Part shown: in pieces, positions 9,801 through 17,465 of the stretch | How the letters are laid out: the number at the start of each line of letters is the position of its first letter | How positions within the stretch are numbered: position 1 is the stretch's first letter | Source of the DNA: Bifidobacterium breve | GTDB taxonomy: Bacteria > Actinomycetota > Actinomycetes > Nanopelagicales > Nanopelagicaceae | Direction: 5' to 3' | NCBI GenBank assembly: GCA_945881945.1 | Contig: CAMCVO010000008.1 | Span: forward strand, 24,461-64,460 | Length of the DNA: 40,000 bases | Made by a program: the position numbers and the translations under genes | Notes under the pieces: model-generated | Databases searched by the model: none | What the model was told of the DNA's origin: nothing | What the model saw: the letters and a program-made list of their open reading frames with translations, nothing else

Positions 9801-9976
9801 CGTTTGGAATTCCAATGTTTAAGATCTCTGAACCTGGTGAAATATCGTTAACTCACAATGGCGCAAGTCGAAGAGCATGGATTTCTGTCCAACTTATTGC
9901 ACTGCTAACTGTGATCGTGTTGGCATTACCAGCAGGGCGCAAGCGCCGTGAAATGCCTCTGGAGGAGCTGGTATGA
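6860..9976 (+). CDS. large GT2 (GT-A fold) glycosyltransferase fused to a polytopic membrane domain and a C-terminal extracytoplasmic domain
   Basis: N-terminal 'VVTHDG', 'AVDTGSIDGS', 'ILHDDCAPD' and 'FDPSLELFRDDIDIGWR'. Then more than 10 hydrophobic helices, a soluble region of roughly 250 aa, and a terminal TM anchor 'ISVQLIALLTVIVLAL'. Confidence 0.75.
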   Translation: MAEKQSTRAQAQLKDQFVTAIVVTHDGVTWLSEVVASLSSQKHKVDQIIAVDTGSIDGSVKLLTNAGIEVIKKSRRTGFGAAISAAVAKLAPLDDESQQEWLWILHDDCAPDRYALAKLLEAVVARPQVGIAGPKILGWYDRKHILEVGLSITENGTRWTGLEDREHDQGQHDQVKDVLAVSTAGMLIKRSLFEELGGFDPSLELFRDDIDIGWRAHIAGHSVICVGEAILYHAEAAASERRSVDVRDAILHRPLLLDRRNAAFVLLANSSWWILPWVAIQLLFTSIGRSIIYLLAKLPGYAADEIAAVGLLIFKPADLIKSRRYRRSSRVLTARVIKPFIPSRGLQIRSIIERISSSLVSAFKPNRGEGQSIGAKNYSDLGVIDESFDEIQYQSSKSFSKIRSLVRQPLLLGVTLTLFISFLYSRNRYGSLSGGAMAVAPDSASEMIASFVSSWQLVGLGSSQAAPAWIPVIGIASFITAANPQTFIAALFFLTPTLLFILSYRAARKYSLTKQSSAFVAFLYSFSPAVLTAINQGRLGTIVIAILLPGLFTLLEKNQGLSDLTWRKIFSIVLIASLAGTFSPLFLLSWIIFHTVLFFYSYFTSPNWQLFNWREISRNLGDEKYKKRAALIFMPFFVNLPISLSLILNPVAALKEPGLAVESAGPSSIFLFNLGGPGSPPLFLLSPVLLYLVAALISKGQRNAAILSLFSISMAATLSSYFIEGNSSNAERIWSGPLVIFAQLLTLLSFFAITETLIPQLKRSNFGIKHIGLAASAVITVISIISISIWTATTGANSLVRSNQEQVIPAFISDLASTTERPKTLVIRKSPEQLQYFVTRGGDLQIGNADVASKTPSQFHDTIVDLVNGVGGSSSQILGYYGIQYVFMKNPADAGLVRIIDGIGGFTRSSATKDGVVWKVDKAHARVTYQNKVGKFFPISSSDTAATSFVPGEGVILLAEKFDKSWQLLLNGKVMELEQHPFGIPMFKISEPGEISLTHNGASRRAWISVQLIALLTVIVLALPAGRKRREMPLEELV

Positions 9977-11334
9977 AGAAGTATCAATTGAATTTGAGTA
10001 AAATTGATTTAACAAGATTAAGCTATAAGAAAATTACTATTCCGCTAGCATTTTTGATATTGGCCAGTCTTTCATATTATGCGCCAGAGAGAAGCCAGCA
10101 GATAAAGCTAACCTCTTCCTACCCAGCAACTGTTTGTCCGGCAATTGGTGACAAAGTCTCTTCAATTGCAGCTTTAACTAGTTCGAAAATAAACAGAAGA
10201 TTAATTGATGGAACTAGCAAAAGATTAAATCCGGGCAAAAGCAGCGTTATCGTCATCAAAGAAGATGCAATTTTAGTAGAAGGCAATCCGGGCACATCGC
10301 TAACTTTTGCAAACAATAGCTGGAAAGCGGTAGTGCCATGCTCGATTAGCAATGGTGAACAATGGTTTATCGGTGGCTCTGGTGGACTAACTAGCAAATC
10401 ATTTTTGTACATATCAAATAGCGGATTCAGTGAATCTGTTGTAGATATTGAGATTTTTACTCCAAATGGCTTGCTAGAACCAAGAGAGGTTTCAATCGCT
10501 CAAAATTCAACGAAAAAAATAGCAATTGATTCTTTAATTCCTGGCGAAGAAGCAATTGCGGTTGCGATCAAGACCAAATCTGGACGAGTTAGCTCTTACC
10601 TCTTTGATGAGCGAAAAAAAGGCCTTAAGTTGTTGGGCGCTGATTTTGTAGCTCCAGTGGCAATTGCTCGTAAGAGTGTAACCATTCCAGCAATTACTGG
10701 ATTGCTTGATAAGTTAGTTACAAACTCTAACTCAGTTACCCATACTCTTAGATTGCTAGTACCGTCAACAATTGATGCAAGTATTGATGTCACTGTAAAT
10801 TCAAACGATGGTAATTTTATTCCGATTGGTCTTTCACAGCTTGAGGTAAAAAGTCAGCGAGTGGTAAGCATTCCACTAACTTTTGCTCCAACTAGCCAAC
10901 CGTTCTCTGTAATAGTTGAATCAGATCAGCCTATTTTTGCCTCGGTGTTATCCAATTTTATCTTCAATAAAAGTGCTGAGATTGCGTGGGCCACCGGTGC
11001 AGATGAGTTAAAAAAATGGAGTGTGAATTTAACTGGGTCAAGACCAATTTTGAATTTTGTAGGCGAGCGAATTGATGTACAAATAAGTGCTACTGGCATC
11101 AATGGCAAAAAGATTACAAATAAAGTAACTGGGACAAATTTTGTGACTTGGCGTGCACCTACTGGATTAAATCGACTTGAGGTTACTGCAAGTAAAGGAG
11201 GAATTAGTGGGGGAGTTATATTCTTACCAGAGGTAGGAAAAATTGGTACTAGCTACCTACCGATGAACAATGGAGCTAATTTAGAAACTGCTTCTGAGCC
11301 AATATCTGATGCTCGAGTGATTAGTAGAGGCTAA
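9973..11334 (+). CDS. membrane-anchored extracytoplasmic protein (DUF5719-like partner of the large GT)
   Basis: ATGA overlap with the GT gene. N-terminal TM 'ITIPLAFLILASLSYY' followed by about 400 aa of Ser/Thr/Asn/Ile-rich beta-type sequence. The family name is from memory of equivalent loci. Confidence 0.5.
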   Translation: MKKYQLNLSKIDLTRLSYKKITIPLAFLILASLSYYAPERSQQIKLTSSYPATVCPAIGDKVSSIAALTSSKINRRLIDGTSKRLNPGKSSVIVIKEDAILVEGNPGTSLTFANNSWKAVVPCSISNGEQWFIGGSGGLTSKSFLYISNSGFSESVVDIEIFTPNGLLEPREVSIAQNSTKKIAIDSLIPGEEAIAVAIKTKSGRVSSYLFDERKKGLKLLGADFVAPVAIARKSVTIPAITGLLDKLVTNSNSVTHTLRLLVPSTIDASIDVTVNSNDGNFIPIGLSQLEVKSQRVVSIPLTFAPTSQPFSVIVESDQPIFASVLSNFIFNKSAEIAWATGADELKKWSVNLTGSRPILNFVGERIDVQISATGINGKKITNKVTGTNFVTWRAPTGLNRLEVTASKGGISGGVIFLPEVGKIGTSYLPMNNGANLETASEPISDARVISRG

Positions 11335-11373
11335 ATCCCAACTTTTCCACCCAAGTCGTATTAACCTGCTTAC

Positions 11374-11724
11374 ATGCGAAGAAGTGGAAGTCGCCGATGC
11401 TCTCGAGCTAGTTGTACTAGCGCTGCCATTAAAACCCTCACTTACATATATTCAGATTCAACTGCAGTTCTTGGTCCGCTCTCAACTTATGCAGAGCCAC
11501 ATAATTACGATCTATGTGCAGAACATAGTGAGCGATTAACAGTTCCGGTTGGTTGGAATGTAATAAAAGAAGAGATTGTTGTTCAAAATACTGGTCCGTC
11601 AGATGAAGATTTAATGGCTATTGCCGATGCAGTACGTGAGGTAGCAGGTTCAGATTTAGCAAGCAAAAGTATGCAGCCAGAACTTGGCCGCCGAGGCCAT
11701 CTTCGGGTATTGCCCTCAAATTAA
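11374..11724 (+). CDS. DUF3499-family protein (Rv3258c-like)
   Basis: 'CSRASCTSAA...YAEPHNYDLCAEHSERLTVPVGW' matches the Cys/His signature of DUF3499. It precedes pmm as in other Actinobacteria. Confidence 0.65.
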   Translation: MRRSGSRRCSRASCTSAAIKTLTYIYSDSTAVLGPLSTYAEPHNYDLCAEHSERLTVPVGWNVIKEEIVVQNTGPSDEDLMAIADAVREVAGSDLASKSMQPELGRRGHLRVLPSN

Positions 11725-11763
11725 TTTTTAAATTCTATCGTCAACCCCTAAGTTAAGGGCATT

Positions 11764-13110
11764 ATGCTTGAGAAAATAATTAAGGCCTACGACATAAGAG
11801 GCTTAGTAAAAAACGAGGTAACGCCAGACTTCTCATTTTCCTTAGGAATTGCCTTTGCAAAGTTTCTTGAGACTGAACGTGAACCAGCCACAATAGTGGT
11901 GGGTGAAGATATGCGATTATCCTCAGCCCCATTGGCTGATGCATTTTCAGATGGTGCAACCAGTCAAGGGATGGATGTAATAAGAATCGGTTTAGCTTCA
12001 ACTGACATGCTTTATTTTGCCTCTGGCAAATTGAATTTACCTGGAGTGATGTTTACGGCAAGTCATAATCCAGCCAAATATAATGGGATGAAACTTTGCA
12101 AAAGTGGTGCGCGACCAATTGGTCAAGAATCTGGATTGGTGAAAATCCGTAAGTTAATTGAAGAGGGGGTACCGATCTCTAATCGCCCGGTAGGCAGTGT
12201 TAGAAAACAAGATCTACTTAATGACTATGTTGATTATTTAATAGCAAGATTTCCAAGAAATACCTTTAAAAAGCGAAAATTAAAAGTAGTAATCGATGCC
12301 GGTAACGGGATGGCCGGCTTTACTGCGCCAGCTGTTATGCAGCGGTTAAATGTTGATTTAACTCCTATGTACTTTGAATTAGATGGAGATTTTCCAAACC
12401 ATGAGGCAAATCCAATCGAACCAGAGAATTTAAAAGCTTTACAGAAAAAAGTGAAAAAAGAAAAAGCAGATATTGGCTTAGCCTTTGATGGTGATGCTGA
12501 CAGGTGTTTTTTAATTGATGAAAACGGTGATTTAGTAAATCCCTCAGCGCTGACTTGTTTGATTGCAGCTCGGGAATTAAAAGCGAATCCTGGTTCAACG
12601 ATTATCTACAATCTAATATCTTCTAAGGCAGTATCAGAAGTCATCACAGAAAAAGGTGGGAATGCTTTGCGCAGCAGGGTTGGTCATTCATATATAAAAA
12701 CTTTAATGGCTGAGTCTGGCGCGGTATTTGGAGGGGAACACTCTGGTCATTTTTATTTTGAAGATTTCTGGGGAGCAGATTCTGGTATGTTGGCAGCTCT
12801 TTATGCTTTGGCTGAGTTGATGGCAACCCCTAAGTCACTTTCAACTTTGTTAGAACCTTATATTCGATACGTTTCTAGTGGTGAGATAAATAGTAAGGTT
12901 AAAGATGCCAATAAATCTATCCAATTAGTTAAAGATAAATATCAAGATAATTACCAAATCGATGAGTTAGATGGTTTAACAGTTACTGCCGAAAATTGGT
13001 GGTTCAATCTTCGGGCGTCAAATACTGAGCCATTACTTAGGCTAAATGTTGAGGCCGATACGCAAAAGCAGATGGCAGAGATTAGGGACACAGTTCTTAA
13101 CCTTATTTAA
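11764..13110 (+). CDS. manB: phosphomannomutase/phosphoglucomutase
   Basis: Phosphoserine loop 'TASHNPAKYNGMK', Mg site 'FDGDADR', sugar loop 'GGEHSGH'. Confidence 0.9.
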   Translation: MLEKIIKAYDIRGLVKNEVTPDFSFSLGIAFAKFLETEREPATIVVGEDMRLSSAPLADAFSDGATSQGMDVIRIGLASTDMLYFASGKLNLPGVMFTASHNPAKYNGMKLCKSGARPIGQESGLVKIRKLIEEGVPISNRPVGSVRKQDLLNDYVDYLIARFPRNTFKKRKLKVVIDAGNGMAGFTAPAVMQRLNVDLTPMYFELDGDFPNHEANPIEPENLKALQKKVKKEKADIGLAFDGDADRCFLIDENGDLVNPSALTCLIAARELKANPGSTIIYNLISSKAVSEVITEKGGNALRSRVGHSYIKTLMAESGAVFGGEHSGHFYFEDFWGADSGMLAALYALAELMATPKSLSTLLEPYIRYVSSGEINSKVKDANKSIQLVKDKYQDNYQIDELDGLTVTAENWWFNLRASNTEPLLRLNVEADTQKQMAEIRDTVLNLI

Positions 13111-13201
13111 AGGTGATAAATCATTTGAGACAGGGTATCTTTGCCTTATAGCCAATCGATGCAGAGTATTGATTAATTAGCTTAAATAATTAGGAGATTA
13201 A

Positions 13202-14479
13202 ATGAGCACCACAACGGCCATTAAAAATGACATTGCCGATTCAAAATTAGCCGCAGAGGGTAAAAAGCGGATTGAGTGGGCGGCCCGCAATATGCCAGTT
13301 CTGGCACAAATAAAAGAAAGATTTGCTAAAGAGAAACCGTTTACCGGCGTACGGATTGCTGCTTGTATGCATGTAACAACTGAAACTGCGAATTTGATGT
13401 TGGCATTAAAAGCTGGTGGTGCTGACTTAGCTCTATGTGCTTCAAATCCTCTTTCAACTCAGGATGACACAGCTGCGGCATTAGTCCATGAGTATGGAAT
13501 TTCAGTCTTTGCAAGAAATGCAGTTGATCGTGATGGTTACTACGGACATTTAAACTCTGCACTAGACATAAAACCACAATTAGTATTTGATGATGGTTGC
13601 GATTTAGTTAACGTTTTACACACCACTCGCACCGAGTTAATTGATGGCGTAATGGCAGGTTGCGAGGAGACGACAACCGGGGTTATTCGTCTTAGCCAAA
13701 TGGCTAAAGATGGCGCACTTAAGTTTCCTATGATTGCAGTAAATGACACTGACACCAAGCATATGTTTGATAATCGTTATGGAACTGGTCAATCGACATT
13801 TGATGCGATATTTCGTGCAACTAATACGCTAGTCGCAGGAAAGATAGTGGTAGTCGCTGGATTTGGATACTGTGGTAAAGGAGTTGCTGAGCGCGCAAAA
13901 GGTATGGGCGCCGAGGTTATTGTTACTGAAATTGATCCAACTAAAGCATTAGATGCATTGATGCAAGGATTCAGGGTCATGCCAATGACTGAGGCTGCTG
14001 CAATTGGCGACCTATTTATCACGGTGACTGGTAACCGTGATGTGCTACGCGATGAGCACTTCAACCAGATGAAAGATGGTGCGATATTGGCCAACTCAGG
14101 CCACTTTGATATTGAGATTGATGTGGCATGGTTAGAAAAAAATGCAAAGCAGAAAAATTCCAAGATGCGTCATCAAACAGATGAGTATGTGTTGACTGAT
14201 GGGCGTCGAATCTTGCTAATTGCAGAGGGCAGACTTGCAAATCTTGGTGCTGCTGAAGGTCACCCAGCCTCTGTAATGGATATGTCTTTCTCAGATCAAG
14301 CGTTAACAGCAGAGTGGTTGCTAAAGGCAGGAAAAGATCTGCCAGCTGGATTGCATAATGTTCCAATTTCAATTGATAAAGATGTCGCCCGGATGAAACT
14401 TGCAAGCATGGGGTCGGCTTTAGATGTATTAACTCCCGCTCAGGAGCTTTATTTGAACTCCTGGGAACACGGTTCCTAA
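13202..14479 (+). CDS. ahcY: adenosylhomocysteinase (short, about 425-aa form)
   Basis: 'MHVTTETANL', NAD fold 'VVAGFGYCGKGVA', 'SGHFDIEID', C-terminal 'YLNSWEHG'. AGGAGA RBS. Confidence 0.9.
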   Translation: MSTTTAIKNDIADSKLAAEGKKRIEWAARNMPVLAQIKERFAKEKPFTGVRIAACMHVTTETANLMLALKAGGADLALCASNPLSTQDDTAAALVHEYGISVFARNAVDRDGYYGHLNSALDIKPQLVFDDGCDLVNVLHTTRTELIDGVMAGCEETTTGVIRLSQMAKDGALKFPMIAVNDTDTKHMFDNRYGTGQSTFDAIFRATNTLVAGKIVVVAGFGYCGKGVAERAKGMGAEVIVTEIDPTKALDALMQGFRVMPMTEAAAIGDLFITVTGNRDVLRDEHFNQMKDGAILANSGHFDIEIDVAWLEKNAKQKNSKMRHQTDEYVLTDGRRILLIAEGRLANLGAAEGHPASVMDMSFSDQALTAEWLLKAGKDLPAGLHNVPISIDKDVARMKLASMGSALDVLTPAQELYLNSWEHGS

Positions 14480-15154
14480 ATGCCATTAGTCATGGTTGTT
14501 GATGACGACCAAGACTTAGCCGAGATGCTTAGCATCGTTTTGACTGGTGTTGGCATGGAGGTTGAATTAGTAAATCGTGGTGATCAAGTTATGGGGTTAT
14601 TTAATGCAAAAAATCCTGATTTAGTTTTATTAGATGTAATGTTGCCCGGCATTGATGGCATTGAGGTTTGCAAAATTATCAGAGAAAAATCAATGGTTCC
14701 AATTGTGATGCTTACCGCAAAAGGTGATACCCATGATGTGGTTTTAGGGCTTGAAGCCGGTGCGGATGATTACATGATTAAGCCATTTAAACCTCAGGAG
14801 TTAGTTGCAAGGATCAATACAAGACTAAGGCGAGTGGCAAAAGTAGGGACTCTAGGAGTATGCGATTTAATTATTGATCAGATGGAGCATAAAGTATTAA
14901 AGAATGGCAAGGAAATTGCTTTGACCAGATTAGAGTTTGATTTACTAGCAGCGCTAGCAAAAGAGCCTGGTCGAGTTTTTACTCGCGAAGCATTATTGAA
15001 TGAGGTATGGGGATATCAGCATGCAGCTGATACCAGATTAGTTAATGTTCATGTACAGCGTTTGCGCTCCAAAATTGAGAGTGATGTCGATAATCCTGAA
15101 TATGTATTAACCGTGCGAGGTGTTGGGTATAAGGCGGGGGCGGCTAAGGTTTAG
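14480..15154 (+). CDS. mtrA: OmpR-family response regulator MtrA
   Basis: Receiver 'DLVLLDVMLPGIDG' and 'MLTAKG'. Winged helix 'LTRLEFDLL...LVNVHVQRLRSKIE...VLTVRGVGYK'. Located between ahcY and mtrB as in M. tuberculosis. Confidence 0.9.
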   Translation: MPLVMVVDDDQDLAEMLSIVLTGVGMEVELVNRGDQVMGLFNAKNPDLVLLDVMLPGIDGIEVCKIIREKSMVPIVMLTAKGDTHDVVLGLEAGADDYMIKPFKPQELVARINTRLRRVAKVGTLGVCDLIIDQMEHKVLKNGKEIALTRLEFDLLAALAKEPGRVFTREALLNEVWGYQHAADTRLVNVHVQRLRSKIESDVDNPEYVLTVRGVGYKAGAAKV

Positions 15155-15156
15155 CC

Positions 15157-16713
15157 ATGCTCCAAGGCAAATTCAAGATTAGAAAATCCCTCAGTCTTAA
15201 AGTACTGCTTTCTAGTATTGGGTTTGCGATGCTAATTACAACATTAATTGGACTTTCGGTTCATAATCGCGTTGCTGCAACCATCATTAATGAAAAAATT
15301 GCAATCTCGAAAGTCGAAACCTCAAGATCGATTAATCTGGCTCAGAGTAATTTCAACATTGCAAGATTCAGAAATAATGCTGGCTTAAACCAAGTTGTTA
15401 AAGATTTTATCTCTTCTAGCCGTGAAGATGGACTCCTTTCAGGCCGAGAAACTGTTCTCTTACCTTATGCAAAAGATGCAAATCAACAGAGTATTTATCA
15501 AACAATCCCAGCACTTCTTTTACTTGAAACAATTTCAGAAGATTTTCGACAAGAAGTAAGGCAATCTGAAGAAGTTGTTGATCAAAGAGTTGTGATCAGA
15601 TATGAAGATGGTACTGAGTACCCTGGATTTTTGATTGGTGGCATATTAGATATTCCTCGCACGGGGCAATATGAAATTTATTATCTTTTTAATCTAGATG
15701 CACAGTATGAAAGTATTGCCGTTATAACTTGGACGTTACTAGGTGCTGGCGTGCTCTTAGTAATGCTGATTGGTTTGAGCACTCAATTTGTCATTCGCCA
15801 AGTTGTTTCTCCAGTACAACAAGCAGCCGCAGTTGCAGAGAAATTTACACAGGGTGACTTGACCAGCCGTATGTCAGTGTCAAGTGACGATGAACTGGCC
15901 AGTTTAGGAAGATCATTTAATGAAATGGCAGTTGCAATTCAACAGCAAATCGCCAGATTAGAAAACCTTTCCATGCTGCAACAGAGATTTGTTTCAGATG
16001 TTTCACATGAGTTAAGAACTCCGCTAACAACCTTGCGCATGGCAGCTGAGGTTATATATCAACAGAAAGAAGTTTTTGAGCCAAACATATCCAGAAGTAG
16101 TGAGTTGTTAATAAATCAAATAGATCGTTTTGAACTGCTCCTCTCTGATCTACTTGAAGTTAGTAGATTTGATGCTGAAGCAGCATCATTAGGAGTTGTT
16201 ACTTTTGACCTTGTCCAGTTATTGCAAAAAACTGTTGAATATTTACACCCAAGTAAATCAGCACTATTTGAGATTGATTCACCAGATAAACCAATCCAGA
16301 TTGAAGGCGATCCAAGGCGAATTGAAAGAATTCTCCGTAATCTAATTTCAAATGCAGTAGATCATGGTGAAGGTAAAAAAGTAAAGGTTCAACTTAAAGA
16401 AAGTGAAAATGAAGTTGCTGTGGGAGTTCGAGATTATGGCTTAGGATTTAAAGAGGAGGATGGACCATATTTGTTTGATCGATTTTGGCGAGCAGACCCA
16501 TCAAGAGCCAGAACTAGTGGTGGTACAGGGCTTGGACTTTCGATCGCTTTAGAAGATGCAAAACTTCATCAAGGTCAATTATTGGCTTGGGGAAAACCTC
16601 TACAGGGTGCTCACTTTGTATTAACGCTGCCAAAGCTACACGGTAACTCAGTGCAGTTATTTCCGATTGCATTAACGCCAGAGGATGCTTTATCAACATC
16701 AACAAAAAGTTAA
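15157..16713 (+). CDS. mtrB: sensor histidine kinase MtrB
   Basis: TM1 (about residues 14-35), an extracytoplasmic loop of about 150 aa, TM2 (about residues 187-208), HAMP, H-box 'SHELRTPLT', N/G boxes 'NLISNAVDHG', 'RDYGLGF' and 'GGTGLGLSI'. Confidence 0.9.
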   Translation: MLQGKFKIRKSLSLKVLLSSIGFAMLITTLIGLSVHNRVAATIINEKIAISKVETSRSINLAQSNFNIARFRNNAGLNQVVKDFISSSREDGLLSGRETVLLPYAKDANQQSIYQTIPALLLLETISEDFRQEVRQSEEVVDQRVVIRYEDGTEYPGFLIGGILDIPRTGQYEIYYLFNLDAQYESIAVITWTLLGAGVLLVMLIGLSTQFVIRQVVSPVQQAAAVAEKFTQGDLTSRMSVSSDDELASLGRSFNEMAVAIQQQIARLENLSMLQQRFVSDVSHELRTPLTTLRMAAEVIYQQKEVFEPNISRSSELLINQIDRFELLLSDLLEVSRFDAEAASLGVVTFDLVQLLQKTVEYLHPSKSALFEIDSPDKPIQIEGDPRRIERILRNLISNAVDHGEGKKVKVQLKESENEVAVGVRDYGLGFKEEDGPYLFDRFWRADPSRARTSGGTGLGLSIALEDAKLHQGQLLAWGKPLQGAHFVLTLPKLHGNSVQLFPIALTPEDALSTSTKS

Positions 16714-17419
16714 CAATTATCATCTTCAATCCTGCTATAAATGCAAGGTGATTGCTTCTTTAAAATCTTTAAAGGAGTTACTTTTTCCAATTTCTTGTAT
16801 CAGTTGCGCAGCCCCTGATTATTGGCTTTGCAGTCTTTGCCAGAAAGAATGGAAAGTGAGTACTAAAAAAAGTTATATTGGCAGAAGTCCTTTGTACTAT
16901 AAGACAGGCTATAGTAATAAAACAGCTGCAGTCATATTATCGGCAAAAGAAAATAATAATCTTGCTGCAGTTAATTTACTCGCTGAGAGTATTTCGCAAT
17001 CAATTCTCTATGCAATCGAGGATTTAGAGATTAAGGGTGATATTTCTCTAGTAACGATCCCATCTTCACCTTCTGCAATTAGAAGACGTGGTCGAAATCA
17101 TATCCAAGTGCTTGCAGTTGAGGTTCAAAAATATCTTGGAGCAAAAGCTGTTACATCGAATATTCTCACCATACTGACTCAAAGAAAAAATACAAAAGAT
17201 CAGAGCGGATTAAACAGCAGGCAGCGAATTGAAAATACCTATGAAATGTTCAGGGCTACTTCCTGTGAGAATTCTCAAGGGGCAATTTTTCTCATTGACG
17301 ATCTAGTGACCACGGGTGCATCAATCATGGAGGGCATTCGGGCTCTTTTTGAAGCCAAAATCACGGTCACTGCATCGATTACAGCGTGTGCAGTCGGACG
17401 AAATTCTCTAATACCATAA
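16685..17419 (+). CDS. ComF-family phosphoribosyltransferase-domain protein
   Basis: N-terminal Cys pairs 'CISCAAP...CSLCQ' and the PRT motif 'IFLIDDLVTTGAS'. The start is uncertain: GTG 16748 would remove the overlap with mtrB. Confidence 0.75.
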   Translation: MLYQHQQKVNNYHLQSCYKCKVIASLKSLKELLFPISCISCAAPDYWLCSLCQKEWKVSTKKSYIGRSPLYYKTGYSNKTAAVILSAKENNNLAAVNLLAESISQSILYAIEDLEIKGDISLVTIPSSPSAIRRRGRNHIQVLAVEVQKYLGAKAVTSNILTILTQRKNTKDQSGLNSRQRIENTYEMFRATSCENSQGAIFLIDDLVTTGASIMEGIRALFEAKITVTASITACAVGRNSLIP

Positions 17420-17465
17420 GCCCCTGAGTATCTTTAATTATTCAAGAGTTTAGCGGAGGATCTTT

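Noticed and set aside
13111-13201. Possible SAH riboswitch upstream of ahcY.
   Set aside because: The 91-nt spacer is AT-rich and lacks the GC-rich pseudoknot-forming core expected of the SAH element. I can find no convincing helices by eye.
13202-14479. The short (about 425-aa) AhcY, compared with the longer form I recall in mycobacteria, as a possible horizontal replacement.
   Set aside because: Its position between pmm and mtrA is the ancestral actinobacterial one. Length variation from a known insertion segment is common in this family. The question cannot be evaluated further without alignment.
13789-14486. Long antisense ORFs (124 aa and 141 aa) inside ahcY. Similar shadow ORFs occur at 350-556, 714-911, 1301-1588, 5334-5651, 6051-6395, 6622-6945, 6997-7329, 9085-9375, 10119-10412, 27527-28045, 28273-28542, 29051-29344, 32542-32823, 34106-34381 and 37790-38179.
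   Set aside because: Each lies wholly within, and opposite to or out of frame with, a gene with strong family motifs. Their translations are low-complexity with no recognisable motifs, and they lack an RBS. They are typical shadow ORFs.
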